Positions 50,743-63,693 of a DNA stretch of 64,000 nucleotides are shown one piece after another. The translations under genes were made by a program, and so were the position numbers. The stretch lies in contig CAWEXO010000014.1 in NCBI GenBank assembly GCA_963813025.1, positions 256,001-320,000 on the forward strand, read 5' to 3'. The notes under the pieces are model-generated. The model did no database searches. It was given only the letters and a program-made list of their open reading frames with translations, and was not told the DNA's origin. The stretch is from an uncultured Verrucomicrobiae bacterium (lineage in GTDB: Bacteria; Verrucomicrobiota; Verrucomicrobiia; Chthoniobacterales; JAFAMB01). Each line of letters opens with the position of its first letter. Positions within the stretch are counted from its first letter, which is position 1.

Positions 50743-51766
50743 CTACCACTGGATAACGGAACTTGCCCAGGTCAGGCCGCCGCCAAAAACGATCAAGAGA
50801 ATGTAATCACCAATCTTAATGCGTCCGCTCCGATGCGCTTCATCGAGCGCCAGAGGACACGGCCGCGGCCGAAGTATTGCCGTATCGATCAAGGTTCACG
50901 TAGAACTTGTCCATAGGCAGATGCATGCGCTCGGCGATCGCTTCAATGATGCGCATGTTTGCCTGGTGAGGGATAACGCAAGCGATATCTTCATAGCTTA
51001 GCCCGGACTGCTCCAGCACGCGGTTTGCGGCATTAAACATCGAGATGACCGCTTGCTTGTAGACGTCGCGGCCCAAGCATTTTAATCGTGTTGAGTTGCT
51101 GGTCCACATTCTTGGCGGTGATCGGGTATCGGCTGCCGCCGCCGGGCATGAAGAGAATGTCGGTAAAAGATCCGTCGCTTCCCATATAGGTCGAGATGAC
51201 CCCATGGGAGTCAGGCCGGTTGCGCAGAATAGCTGCTCCGGCGCCGTCTCCAAAGAGCACACAGGTATTGCGATCGGTCCAGTCAGCGATCGCACTCAGC
51301 TTATCTGCGCCGATGATGAGCACTGTGTTGTACACGTGCGTCGAAATGAATTGTTGAGCGATTTCCAGCGAGTAGAGAAAGCCGGAACAAGCGGCGGAAA
51401 CGTCAAAGCAAGCGGCATTGATGGCGCCAATGCTGCTTCTGGACCCAGCAGGCAGTGGCCGGAAACAAGGTGTCTGGGGTTACCGTGGCGACAATGATCA
51501 GATCGATCTCCTCGGGAGCTGACTTCGGCCTGTTGCATCGCGGCCAGCGCCGCTTTGGTGGCCATGTCGCTGGTCGACTCGTTTTCCGCCGCGATCCTTC
51601 TTTCCCGGATGCCGGTCCTGGTGCGAATCCATTCGTCGGTGGTGTCCACCAGAGCTTCGAGATCCCGGTTGGTAAGAATATGTTCCGGAAGATAGCTCCC
51701 GGTAGCAACGATCGAAACGGAGCTGCTCGGTTTACTGGACCGGCGCGGGGGCGGCGAACTTCTCAT
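50743..51766 (-). CDS. fabH: 3-oxoacyl-ACP synthase III, with frameshifts
   Basis: Across frames: [56 protein letters not shown] and GGGLTWAS. Confidence 0.9.
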
Positions 51767-52761
51767 TATAAGCTTGGACTTCGCGAATGATTTGCGGGTT
51801 GATTTCGTGCTTGATGGATTCGCCGGCAGCCCGGATCGCATTCTTGATCGCCAGCGGAGAACTCGCGCCGTGTGCGATGATGCAGATACCATTCACCCCA
51901 GCAGCGGCATGCCGCCATATTCCTCGTAGTTGGTTTTTTTTTTGATCGTGCGGAAAGCGCCTTCGGCCAGCTTTGCGCCGAGCTTGCGGACGGTGTTGCG
52001 GACCAGTTCATGCTTGAGCCAAGCGAAGATGGCGTGAGCGATCGCCTCTGAGGTCTTGAGAACAACGTTGCCGGTGAAACCGTCACAAACCACCACTTCG
52101 CTGGGTTCTCGAACAGGTCGTGTCCTTCGATATTGCCGCGAAAGTTCATTCCGCTGCCGCGCAAGCAATTTGAAAGCTTCCTTCGTGACGGCGTTGCCCT
52201 TCATGTCTTCTTCGCCGATCGACATGAGCGCGACAGAAGGATTGCGATAGCCGAGCACATGGCGAGAGTAGACTGAGCCCATGATCGCGAACTGGACAAG
52301 GTTGTCGGGCGCCGAGTCGAGATTGGCTCCGCCGTCAATCAGGACAAAAAGTTTGTTTTCGGTGGGAAGAGGGCAGGCGACGGCCGGCCGTTCGATCCCG
52401 TCCAGGGTCCGCAGCTTCAGCACGGCGGCGGCGACCGCGGCGCCGGTGTGGCCGGCAGAGACAACCGCATCAGCCATCCCTTTTTTGACAAGATCGACAG
52501 CGCGGCGAAATCGAAGCATCTTTTTTGGTGCGGACGGCTTTAGCGCCGGACTCTTTCATGCCGACCACCTGGGGCGAGTGAAAGATCTCCATGCGCGAAT
52601 CCTCGTACCGGAGACGATTCAGTTCAGTCGGCCAGAGTGACGGCGTCGCCAACCAAAAAAAGCTTTTCAATCCGCGGGTACTCTTTCAGAGCGAGGACCG
52701 CGCCTTCAACGGTGTTTTTTGGGGCGTAATCACCGCCCATGGCATCTAAAGCAATCCTCAT
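51732..52761 (-). CDS. plsX: Phosphate acyltransferase PlsX, with frameshifts
   Basis: Motifs [50 protein letters not shown] and YGG.PLLG. Confidence 0.92.
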
Positions 52762-52876
52762 ACTACACGCCCGGCGTGTCTGCGCCGTGAGTCGGGGTAG
52801 GATGGGTGCTTAACGCAATACAAAGTCACAGGCAAACCATTTGTACCGAATGACCGATGACGCGATTACCGATTGC

Positions 52877-53059
52877 TTAAGCGACCTCGATCGTCAGAAT
52901 CTGTCGCCCACGGTAATAGCCGCAGGAGGGACAGGCAGTATGGCCGCTGACCCGGCTTCCGCACTGCGGGCATTGCGTCAGTTGAGGTGCGTGCCAGCGA
53001 TTTGCCGCTTTGCGCGTGCGCAACCTCATCTTGGAGGTCTTTCGTTTTGGAACACCCAT
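52877..53059 (-). CDS. rpmF: 50S ribosomal protein L32
   Basis: MGVPKRKTSK...CPQCG....H.ACPSCGYY.GR. Confidence 0.97.
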   Translation of the reverse strand: MGVPKRKTSKMRLRTRKAANRWHAPQLTQCPQCGSRVSGHTACPSCGYYRGRQILTIEVA

Positions 53060-53060
53060 C

Positions 53061-53522
53061 TTAGCTTTTTCCTTTTAACTTCAAATCGTTCAGTGCGTCC
53101 CAGGCATTCGCGGCTGAGGGCTCTTCTCCGATCATTGACAAATCAGCGCGCGGACCGAGACACACGGTCTTTCCCATCCCAATCGCATCTTGGATAGGGC
53201 GGAAGGGCGAGCAGGATATCCTCGCGGATGGCCGGCGTCAAGTCGACCAGTTCCGGGCCCGTCCGGTCAATTTGGGCTCGCAAAATCATCGACGAGCACC
53301 GGATAGATAAATGCTGAAGACAAGCCGCCGCACTCCAGCTCGACATCGGACCCAAAGACGACCGGTGACAAACAGACCAGAGCCGGAGAGCCCGAGATCG
53401 AGCGAGTAGTGGACATTTTCCAACGGCAGGATGTTGGGATCCCGCAAGTCCAGGATATCGTTTTCTTCCTGGCCTTCAAGATGAAGACCTTCTGCTGGAA
53501 TTTGATGAATATGAATTTTCAT
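53061..53522 (-). CDS. yceD: YceD/DUF177 family protein, with frameshifts
   Basis: Position upstream of rpmF. Motifs DLTPAIREDILLALP.YP.C and C-terminal WDALNDLKL. Confidence 0.8.
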
Positions 53523-53551
53523 AGAGCAATTCCCAGTTGGACCGGACCTCC

Positions 53552-54149
<598 letters not shown>

Positions 54150-54187
54150 TCACCAACAACTGGCATTGACACTGGCACTCCCACTTC

Positions 54188-55766
<1,579 letters not shown>

Positions 55767-55882
55767 GAGAAAGCGGGAATTATGGCACAGCGGGCCGTTG
55801 ATAGCTAGGGGCTCGTGGGCGCGGAGTTGCTTTTGGAATGCGTGAAGGGACGAGGAGGGAAAGGGACGGGAGCGGCCAAACA

Positions 55883-56674
55883 CTAGATCCCGCCGACCGC
55901 CACGCTAAAACGGTCGTTTCGATGGCGCACCGTCATCGCAACACCGAACGCCTTGCTCAGGACGGCCGTATTTACGACGCCCGCTATGGGACCCTGCGCG
56001 ACGATCTCGCCGCCGCGCAAGACAATCGCGGATCGAAAGCTGGGCAGAATTTCCTCAACGTGGTGCGTGACGAAAAGCAGGCCGGGCACCCGGTCGGAGG
56101 TCGCCAGCCGATGCAGAAAAACCAGGAACCGTTCCCGGGCTACTGGGTCAAGGCCGGAACAGGGTTCGTCGAGGATGAGAATCCGGTAATTCGCCATCAG
56201 AGCGCGCCCAATCAGCGCGCGTTGTCGTTCGCCTTGCGAGAGATACGCCCAAGGACGGTCCGCAAGATGAGCGCATTCGACTTGTTCGAGCGCAGCGAGC
56301 GCCTCAGTCCGGAGAATTCCCTTCGGGGGATGCCAGAGGTTGAGTTCCGCCTCGCGCCCGCTGGCCACGACTTCGAGTGCGGTCTGATAATCCTCGATCA
56401 ATTGCCGAATACTCGAGCTGACCAACCCGACTTCTTTTCTCAAATCTCGCCAGTCGGATTTGCCGTACCGCTTACCGAGCACTCGGATGACGCCGGTTGA
56501 GGGGGTGACGTAACCGGTGATGCAACTCAAGAGGGTGGTTTTGCCGGAGCCGTTCGCCCCGAGAACGGCCCAGTGCTCGCGCTCCTTTACTTCCCAATGA
56601 ACGTTGCGCAGGATCTCGGCGGCGCCACGGCGGACGGTGAGGTTGTGGATCGAGATCAGGATCGTATCGGGCAT
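55883..56674 (-). CDS. Stand-alone ABC ATP-binding protein (ModF-like)
   Basis: Motifs GANGSGKTT, LSQGERQR, ILDEPCSGLD and VTHHVEEI. Confidence 0.88.
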   Translation of the reverse strand: MPDTILISIHNLTVRRGAAEILRNVHWEVKEREHWAVLGANGSGKTTLLSCITGYVTPSTGVIRVLGKRYGKSDWRDLRKEVGLVSSSIRQLIEDYQTALEVVASGREAELNLWHPPKGILRTEALAALEQVECAHLADRPWAYLSQGERQRALIGRALMANYRILILDEPCSGLDPVARERFLVFLHRLATSDRVPGLLFVTHHVEEILPSFRSAIVLRGGEIVAQGPIAGVVNTAVLSKAFGVAMTVRHRNDRFSVAVGGI

Positions 56675-56775
56675 GCGGACCTGGTTGAAGGAATCTGGGT
56701 TATCACGCAACACCGATTTTAATTTTCCGCGACGCCAATTTCGGCGAGGACGAGATGAAGAAATTGAATTGCGAT

Positions 56776-56993
56776 ATCCCTACCGGTGCTGGTCCTTAAC
56801 GCCACTCCGAAAGCGGCTCGAATTTTCAGCCGAGCCGCTTTCGGAGTGGCGTTAAGGACCAGGAGCGGTAGGGATGAGCTCGGGATGAGCTCCTGCTCGT
56901 CCAAATCGAGAGGTGATCCAAGGAGGTCAAGCGGGAGCTTGACCCTACCGACCTTGGGTGTTGTGAGACAATCTCTGAAATTCTCGCCCTACC
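56776..56993. repeat. Long perfect hairpin embedded in a cluster of GTAG-type REP units
   Basis: 32-bp perfect stem 56789-56820 / 56831-56862 with a 10-nt loop, outer ATCCCTACCG/CGGTAGGGAT, a GGTAGGG...CCCTACC pair at 56867-56949 and a family A end at 56976-56993. Confidence 0.85.
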
Positions 56994-57081
56994 GGCACAT
57001 AATGAAAACGCGCTGCAAGAGAATGCAACGTGGTGAGGGAGATCTCGAAAACATCGTCCTGCCGACGAAGCATGTACGTAT

Positions 57082-57696
57082 GTGTTATCATCAGACGTGC
57101 GCGTGCAACAAAGGCTGATTCCGGCATCACTGCTCTTGAAGGCTTACTGCACGGGGCTCTTCCCGATGGCGGTAGACCACGAGCAGATCGAATGGTTTTC
57201 GCCCGATCCGCGGGCGATCATGCCATTGGACGCTTTTCACGTACCCCACGGATTGAAACGCGCGTTGAAAAAAAACGCTTTTGAGATCCGCCTCGATACG
57301 AATTTTGAGGAGGTGATTCGGGAGTGCAGCCGCCGCGCCGAGACTTGGATCAACGAAGAGATCATTGCGAGCTATGTTAATCTGTTCCGATTGGGGTTTG
57401 CCCACTCGATCGAGTCGTGGCGGGAAGGGCGGCTGGCCGGCGGACTGTACGGCGTCGGCGTTTTCGGGGCGTTCTTCGGTGAGTCGATGTTCCATCACGA
57501 GACCGACGCCTCAAAAGTCGCTTTGGTGGCGCTGGTGGAGCATCTGAGGGAGCGCGGTTATCGGCTATTGGACATACAGTATGTCACTGATCATTTGCGC
57601 GCCTTCGGCGCGGTAGAGATTCCTCGCCCGAGGTATATGCGGTTACTGCATCAAGCGCTGGCTATCGATTGCCGGTTTGAGCGGCCGCCGAAATGA
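57082..57696 (+). CDS. aat: Leucyl/phenylalanyl-tRNA--protein transferase
   Basis: Motifs LL.AY..GLFPM, WFSPDPR, TWIN, AHSIE.W, GGLYGV, FFGESMF and DASKVA. Start uncertain. Confidence 0.93.
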   Translation: MLSSDVRVQQRLIPASLLLKAYCTGLFPMAVDHEQIEWFSPDPRAIMPLDAFHVPHGLKRALKKNAFEIRLDTNFEEVIRECSRRAETWINEEIIASYVNLFRLGFAHSIESWREGRLAGGLYGVGVFGAFFGESMFHHETDASKVALVALVEHLRERGYRLLDIQYVTDHLRAFGAVEIPRPRYMRLLHQALAIDCRFERPPK

Positions 57697-57917
57697 ACGT
57701 AGGTTCCCGGCTATCAGCTTTTCCAGAGCAAGGCACAGCGGTGTGTCCTGGCCGCTGAACCGCGGGGAAAAGGCGGTTTCGGTTTGGGAAGCCCTGGTCT
57801 GCTATTTGCTTTTCGATCTTGTTGATCCGTATTTTCGGGCCAGGAAGGGAGTGGCTGCCGTTGGAGGCCGCGAGCGGCGATGGTAGAAACGCGATCCAGC
57901 AAGGAGATATAAGAGCA

Positions 57918-59189
57918 TTGAACTCGTCGACAAAACGCAAGGTGCCAGCGCAAAAAGCACGAATTCTATGCAGGCCGTTCTCACCGATTTTCCGGTTCCC
58001 GAGCCTTCTTCTCCTGCTGCCGCTAATTTTTGGCGGCTGCGGGCAAAATAAGCCGCAAGCTCAACAAGCTCCGCCGAAGAACGTGCTCGTAACCTCGGTG
58101 GAATCGCGGGACGTGCCGGTCCTGATCCGGCAGTACGGGCGTATATCGTCGCCGGAATCGGTGGATGTCCGGCCGCAGGTCAGCGGACGCATCACTGAGG
58201 TCCATTTCAAGGACGGGCAAGAAGTGAAACGAGGCGACCTCCTTTTTGTCATCGACCCGCGCCCATTCCAGGCCGATCTCGAACAGGCGCAGGCTCAGCT
58301 CCAGTTAGACCAGTCTCAGTTAGACCTTTTCAAACGCAACTTGGCCCGGGACGAGAAGATCGGTCCGCAGCACTTTATTTCGGAGCAGCAACTCGACCAG
58401 GATCGAACGCAGGTAGAGAACTTCCAAGCCGCGGCAGCGAAAGATCAGGCGACCATCAATCTGGCAAAATTGAATCTCGATTATTGTTACGTGCGAGCAC
58501 CCAACGACGGCCGGACCGGCCGCCGGTTGGTGGATCCGGGCAACTATGTGGCGACCGGGGGAAACGCTTTGGTGAACATTCAACGGCAGGACCAGGTCTA
58601 TGTCGACTTCATCATTTCGGAGAATGATCTGGCCCGGCTCCGCGACAACATGCCGGGGAAGCAGCTGAAGACAGAGGTCATCGCACCGGCCAAACCTGAC
58701 ATCGTGAAGAGTGGTTTTTTGACTTTTCTCGACAACACGGTCTCGTCCCAGGCGGGCACCGTGATGCTGCGGGCAACGATCCCCAATGCCGATCGTTATC
58801 TCTGGCCCGGCCAGTACGTGAATGTGGCGCTCACGCTGAAGACCTTAAAAGATGTTCCTGTTGTACCCAACCAAACAGTGCAGATCGGCGGGAAAGGTGA
58901 CTATCTATTTGTGGTGAAACCGGACCACACCGTGGAGCAGCGCCAGGTTACGCAAGGGGAACGTTTCGGTGACCTGGTCGTAGTTTCTCAAGGGGTGCAG
59001 CCCGGGGAAACGGTCGTGGTCGAGGGTCAACTCGCCCTTGCCTCCGGCATGAAGGTCAATCCGAAACCTTACGAGAGCGGGGGAACTCCCCGACCGGCGG
59101 CCAGCTTGACGGAAAACGGCGCAGATAAAGCGGGAGCGCCGAGCACTCAGTCTGGGCAAAGCCAAAGCAAAGGGAATGCCCCGTTATGA
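57918..59189 (+). CDS. RND efflux membrane fusion protein (lipoprotein)
   Basis: AAGGAG upstream of a TTG start, lipobox-like FGGC, VRPQVSG.I..V.F.DGQ.V..GDLLF.IDPRP and LWPGQYV. Confidence 0.9.
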   Translation: MNSSTKRKVPAQKARILCRPFSPIFRFPSLLLLLPLIFGGCGQNKPQAQQAPPKNVLVTSVESRDVPVLIRQYGRISSPESVDVRPQVSGRITEVHFKDGQEVKRGDLLFVIDPRPFQADLEQAQAQLQLDQSQLDLFKRNLARDEKIGPQHFISEQQLDQDRTQVENFQAAAAKDQATINLAKLNLDYCYVRAPNDGRTGRRLVDPGNYVATGGNALVNIQRQDQVYVDFIISENDLARLRDNMPGKQLKTEVIAPAKPDIVKSGFLTFLDNTVSSQAGTVMLRATIPNADRYLWPGQYVNVALTLKTLKDVPVVPNQTVQIGGKGDYLFVVKPDHTVEQRQVTQGERFGDLVVVSQGVQPGETVVVEGQLALASGMKVNPKPYESGGTPRPAASLTENGADKAGAPSTQSGQSQSKGNAPL

Positions 59190-62100
59190 ATTTCTCGGAG
59201 ATTTTCATCCGGCGTCCAATCATGACGCTGCTTTTGACGATCAGCGTGATCGCGGCAGGTATCCAGGTTTTCCGGCAATTGCCGGTGAACGATCTTCCGG
59301 CCGTCGACTATCCGGTCATCCAGGTCCAGGTGAGTTATCCCGGAGCAAGCCCGGAAACCATGGCCAATACCTGCGCCACGCCACTGGAAAAGCAGTTTTT
59401 GCAGATCCCAGGGCTGGATGTGGTGACTTCGACCAATCAGACGGGCCAGTCGACGTTGGTGCTCCAGTTTTCTCTCGACAAAAGCCTGGGAGATGCCGCC
59501 ACCGACGTCCAGGCGGCGATTTCGCGGGCGCAGGGATTTCTGCCGCAGGACCTGCCGCAACCGCCTTCCTTCACGAAGACCAACCCAAATGATCAGCCGA
59601 TCTTCTACATCGCGCTCGTCAGTGATACCCTGACGGAAGGGAACCTCTACGATTACGCGAATACGCAACTGGGCCAGCAGATCGCGATCATCAATGGGGT
59701 GAGCCAAGTCAACGTTTACGGGGCGCGGAGCGCGATCCGCATCAAAGTCGACGTGAACAAGCTATCCTCGCTTGGTCTGACGATGACCGATGTGACGAAC
59801 GCGGTCGGGCAGAGTACTTCCTATAAAGGAGCGGGCCAGTTCGACGGGAAAGATCGTACCTACTTACTCTATCCCCATGGTCAGCTTTCCACTCCGGACC
59901 AGTACAATAATGTTATTATTGCCCAGCCCAGCGGGCAGCCGGTGTATCTCAAGGATGTTGCCCGGGTGGTGCAATCGGTCGAGGACGAGCGGATAAACCG
60001 GAACTTCTGGGCGCGCGAATACGGTGAGGCGCCCGTCGAGGTTGTCCTGGCAGTCAGCCGGCAAGCCGGGGCCAATGCCGTCGAGGTCGCTCGCCAGGTC
60101 CGCTCTCTTCTGCCGCAATTTGAGAAAGAGCTGCCGGGATCAGTGAAACTGATTCCGTTGTACGATCGTTCCAAGACGATTGTGGCCAACGCCAATGAAG
60201 TCGAGCGCACCCTCATCATCGCCTTTGTGCTGGTGGTGGCAGTTATCTTCGCATTTCTCGGGCGAGCGACCGACACGCTCATTCCCGTGGTCGCGTTGCC
60301 ACTCTCGATGCTGATCACCTTTACAGTCATGGGTGCGCTGAATTTCAGCTTAAACAATCTGACCTTGATGGCTCTCACTCTGGCCATCGGCTTTCTGGTC
60401 GACGACGCGATAGTGTTCCTCGAGAATACTGTGCGGCTGATCGAGGACGGGCAGAAACCGATGGAAGCGGCCTTGAATAGCGCCCGGCAGATCACGTTCA
60501 CGATCGTCGCCATGACCGTCTCGCTCGCGGTCGTTTTCCTGCCTTTAGTTATGGTGAGCGGGATCATCGGTCGCATATTCCGCGAGTTTTCCGTCACAAT
60601 CATTGTGGCCATTTTCGCATCGGGCCTGGTCTCGATTACCCTTACTCCGATGATGTGCTCGCGTCTGCTCAGCGGAGAACGTGGGCACGGTCACGAGACC
60701 TGGATGGAGCGATCGGTAGGAGCGCTCTTTAAAACAATTACCGGCTTCTACGGACGCACCCTATATTTTTTCCTGCACCATCGCTGGATTTCCGCTTTAG
60801 GGTGGGTGGTCTCGCTGGGGGCGACTGTCTGGTTCTTCGGTCAGTTACCAAAAACTTTCATTCCGGCCGGAGACAGCGGATTCATTCGAGGTATCATTCT
60901 CGGGCCGGAGGGGATCTCGCCGCAGCGCTTTCGGCAGATTCAGTCCCAAGTTGACCAAATCCTGCGAAAAAATCCGGCCGTGGACGAGACTTTTACCCTA
61001 TCGGGTTTTTCCAAAGGATTGTCATCCAATCAGATGCTCGGGCTGGCCTTTTTGAAGGACGTTAGTCAACGGCCTCCGATCAATGTCGTGGTCGCTCAAC
61101 TGACGCGTGATCTCAGTCAGATTCCGGGGATCATTCCGTTGGTGCGACCTGATCCGGTCCTCCAGATCAGCACAGGTGCGACGAAAAACAATCAAGGCCA
61201 GTATGCATTCGCGATCTCGGGCGTCGATGCTCAGCAAGTCTACCAGTCGGCCTTGGCGATGATGGAGAAGTGTCGGGCTTATCCCGGCTTTCAAAGCGTT
61301 TCTTCGGATTACTTTGCACATACGCCGCAGCTCGGAATCGACCTCAACCAGACCCAACTTCAGTCTTACGGATTGACCAATGTCAATGTGGAGGACCTCC
61401 TGAAAAACGCCTACTCGCAGAACTACACCTACCTGATCAAGACTCCGGTCGACCAATACCAGGTGATTGTCGAAGCCGAGGATTCTCAACGGGCGAACCC
61501 GTCGAATCTCAACCAGCTCTTCTACAAGCCGACGAACGGCCAGACCACCATCCCGAGCCAGACGGTTACGAGCCCGCAAGCATCGGCCGGGATGTTGTCG
61601 GTGAACCATCTCAACCAGTTCCCGTCAGTCACTTTATATTTCAATTTGAAACCGGGAGCCTCGACCGGTGACGCCACAAACTTTATTACCCGAACCGCCG
61701 CACAGGTGCTGCCTTCGACCATTCGCGGTCAGCTTCAAGGGGAGGCGCAAACCTTTAGCGAAACCTTCTCCCAACTGGGAGGGCTGCTTTTTGTCGCGGT
61801 CTTCATCATGTACGTAATCCTCGGGATCCTGTATGAGAGCTGGTTCCATCCGATCACAGTTTTATCATCGTTACCGGTGGCCACGGTCGGCGGTCTGGCC
61901 ACGCTCTACTTCTTGCAGTCAGAGCTCTCGCTGTATTCCTACATCGGGATGTTCATGCTGATTGGGATTGTGAAGAAGAACGGTATCATGATGGTGGATT
62001 TCGCGGTGGAACAGCGGAGAGCGGGCAAGTCACCGGTTGAGGCGGTGCACGAAGCGAGCATCGAGCGGTTTCGGCCAATCATCATGACAACGTTGGCCGC

Positions 62101-62329
62101 GCTGATGGGTGCCATCCCGATTGCTCTGGGATTGGGTGCCGACGGAGCCTCCCGGCGTCCACTCGGCCTGATTCTGGTCGGTGGTTTAGTCGTGTCACAG
62201 CTGATCACTTTGTACGTGACGCCCGCGATTTATCTGTACATGGAGCAGCTCCAGGACAAGCTCAATGAGGTGTACGATCGCTTGCGTAACCGAGGAAGCG
62301 CCAAGGAGAAACTGGCAACGGTCGGGTGA
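59186..62329 (+). CDS. RND efflux permease (HAE1, MdtB/MdtC-like)
   Basis: Motifs FIRRPIMT, LP.VDYP.IQV, DDAIV.LEN, GIVKKNGIMMVDFA and RFRPIIMTT. Confidence 0.95.
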   Translation: MNFSEIFIRRPIMTLLLTISVIAAGIQVFRQLPVNDLPAVDYPVIQVQVSYPGASPETMANTCATPLEKQFLQIPGLDVVTSTNQTGQSTLVLQFSLDKSLGDAATDVQAAISRAQGFLPQDLPQPPSFTKTNPNDQPIFYIALVSDTLTEGNLYDYANTQLGQQIAIINGVSQVNVYGARSAIRIKVDVNKLSSLGLTMTDVTNAVGQSTSYKGAGQFDGKDRTYLLYPHGQLSTPDQYNNVIIAQPSGQPVYLKDVARVVQSVEDERINRNFWAREYGEAPVEVVLAVSRQAGANAVEVARQVRSLLPQFEKELPGSVKLIPLYDRSKTIVANANEVERTLIIAFVLVVAVIFAFLGRATDTLIPVVALPLSMLITFTVMGALNFSLNNLTLMALTLAIGFLVDDAIVFLENTVRLIEDGQKPMEAALNSARQITFTIVAMTVSLAVVFLPLVMVSGIIGRIFREFSVTIIVAIFASGLVSITLTPMMCSRLLSGERGHGHETWMERSVGALFKTITGFYGRTLYFFLHHRWISALGWVVSLGATVWFFGQLPKTFIPAGDSGFIRGIILGPEGISPQRFRQIQSQVDQILRKNPAVDETFTLSGFSKGLSSNQMLGLAFLKDVSQRPPINVVVAQLTRDLSQIPGIIPLVRPDPVLQISTGATKNNQGQYAFAISGVDAQQVYQSALAMMEKCRAYPGFQSVSSDYFAHTPQLGIDLNQTQLQSYGLTNVNVEDLLKNAYSQNYTYLIKTPVDQYQVIVEAEDSQRANPSNLNQLFYKPTNGQTTIPSQTVTSPQASAGMLSVNHLNQFPSVTLYFNLKPGASTGDATNFITRTAAQVLPSTIRGQLQGEAQTFSETFSQLGGLLFVAVFIMYVILGILYESWFHPITVLSSLPVATVGGLATLYFLQSELSLYSYIGMFMLIGIVKKNGIMMVDFAVEQRRAGKSPVEAVHEASIERFRPIIMTTLAALMGAIPIALGLGADGASRRPLGLILVGGLVVSQLITLYVTPAIYLYMEQLQDKLNEVYDRLRNRGSAKEKLATVG

Positions 62330-62398
62330 GTGGTCCAGGCGTTAGCAGGTGCTAAAAGGGCACAGTCACTGGAGCTTTCAAGAGGCCGTACTTGTTAC

Positions 62399-62690
62399 GT
62401 AGCGCGACGGCCGTGGGTCTCCCGGACTTCGACATTTGCCGATTCCTCGGTCCATCGACGACGCATCAGGCCCTGCGTGGGACGGTACGTAGCGCCGACG
62501 GCCTCGTCGGTACATCGGCGGAGAGATGCCCAGCACGTTGCGCAATCTGTCGATCTCGACGGCGCACGAAGCTGGGAGCGTGATATGTAACGTCGGCGCT
62601 ACGCAACGCACTCGCCTTTTGGGTCACGGGATCGAGGGAACCGCACAACGCGTTGGGCGTGCTCACAGGCGGACGGACGAGGCTGTCCGC
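62399..62690. repeat. Cluster of family B REP variants
   Basis: GTAGCGCCGACGGCCTCGTCGGTAC at 62489-62513, CGTCGGCGCTAC at 62591-62602 and further partial units. Confidence 0.75.
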
Positions 62691-62814
62691 CTTCGTGCCC
62701 GCTTCGAGGGCACTACGGCGCGACAAGTTCCGCGCTGCGCTCGATCTCTGGAGCAGACAAATTTTCGAGAACTGGACCGCCAGTTGGCGCTATTGTGTTG
62801 ATCAGGAGAACTCC

Positions 62815-63441
62815 ATGTCTGAACCGATGGAAAAGCAGATCTACCTGATCCGTCACGGCGAAACCGAATGGTCCAAAGACGGCCGGCACACCGGTCGAAG
62901 CGATATTCCGCTGACCGAAACCGGCCGCGAGCAAGCCAGCTTTCTGGTGCCGGTTTTTGATGAGGCAAAATTTACGCACATTTACAGCAGTCCGCTTCAG
63001 CGATCGCTGGAGACCGCGCGCCTGGCGGGCGTCGGCAACAAGGTGGAGATCTGGGATGATCTACGGGAATGGGATTACGGCGAATACGAAGGAATTACCA
63101 CCCAAAAAATCCGCGAAAAGGTTCCCGGCTGGACAATTTGGACGCACCCGGTGCCGCACGGCGAAACCGCTCAGGAGATTTCTCGCCGGGCAGATCGGGT
63201 CGCCGCCCGTCTCCATGAAATTGAAGGAAATGTCGCCATTTTCTCGCACGGCCATTTTTTGCGGGTGCTCGCGGCCCGCTGGCTGGGGCTCGAAGTCTCA
63301 TGCGGCCGGTTCTTTTTGCTGGGAACGAGTACATTGTCGATCCTCGGTTATGAACACGAGAACGCGGCAATAAAGACCTGGAACGGTCCGCTGATTACGG
63401 CGGCTTGCGCGGTGCCTTGGCGGGGGAAGAGCGTGCCGTAG
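62815..63441 (+). CDS. Histidine phosphatase (phosphoglycerate mutase superfamily)
   Basis: RBS AGGAG, RHGETEWS, SSPLQRS.ET, EWDYGEYEG and SHGHFLR. Confidence 0.93.
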   Translation: MSEPMEKQIYLIRHGETEWSKDGRHTGRSDIPLTETGREQASFLVPVFDEAKFTHIYSSPLQRSLETARLAGVGNKVEIWDDLREWDYGEYEGITTQKIREKVPGWTIWTHPVPHGETAQEISRRADRVAARLHEIEGNVAIFSHGHFLRVLAARWLGLEVSCGRFFLLGTSTLSILGYEHENAAIKTWNGPLITAACAVPWRGKSVP

Positions 63442-63472
63442 GGGTGAGTTAATCGATCGCCTGCGATAAGTA

Positions 63473-63586
63473 GAGGAGTCAGGAGTCGGGAGTCAGGAGT
63501 AACCAGTAATCGGTAATCGGTAATCCCGCCTAACGCCTCAAGTCGCTCAAGCCGCTCAAGCCGCTCAAGCCGCTCAAGCCGCTCAA
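63473..63586 (+). repeat. Stacked short tandem repeats (GGAGTCR)n, (GGTAATC)n and (CTCAAGCCG)x5.5
   Basis: Read directly. The nonamer array is at 63537-63586. Confidence 0.85.
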
Positions 63587-63693
63587 ATGACTGTGACCTG
63601 TCCCCATTTGATCCACTGTCAACAGTCGTCTTGCCTCTTTGTGCCGAACTGGTAACAAATAGATGGAGCTCGAAAAACGAGCGGAGTGTGCGC

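Noticed and set aside
63537..63586. CRISPR array
   Set aside because: It is a contiguous 9-nt tandem repeat with no unique spacers, and there are no cas genes. No repeat-spacer array was seen anywhere in the window.
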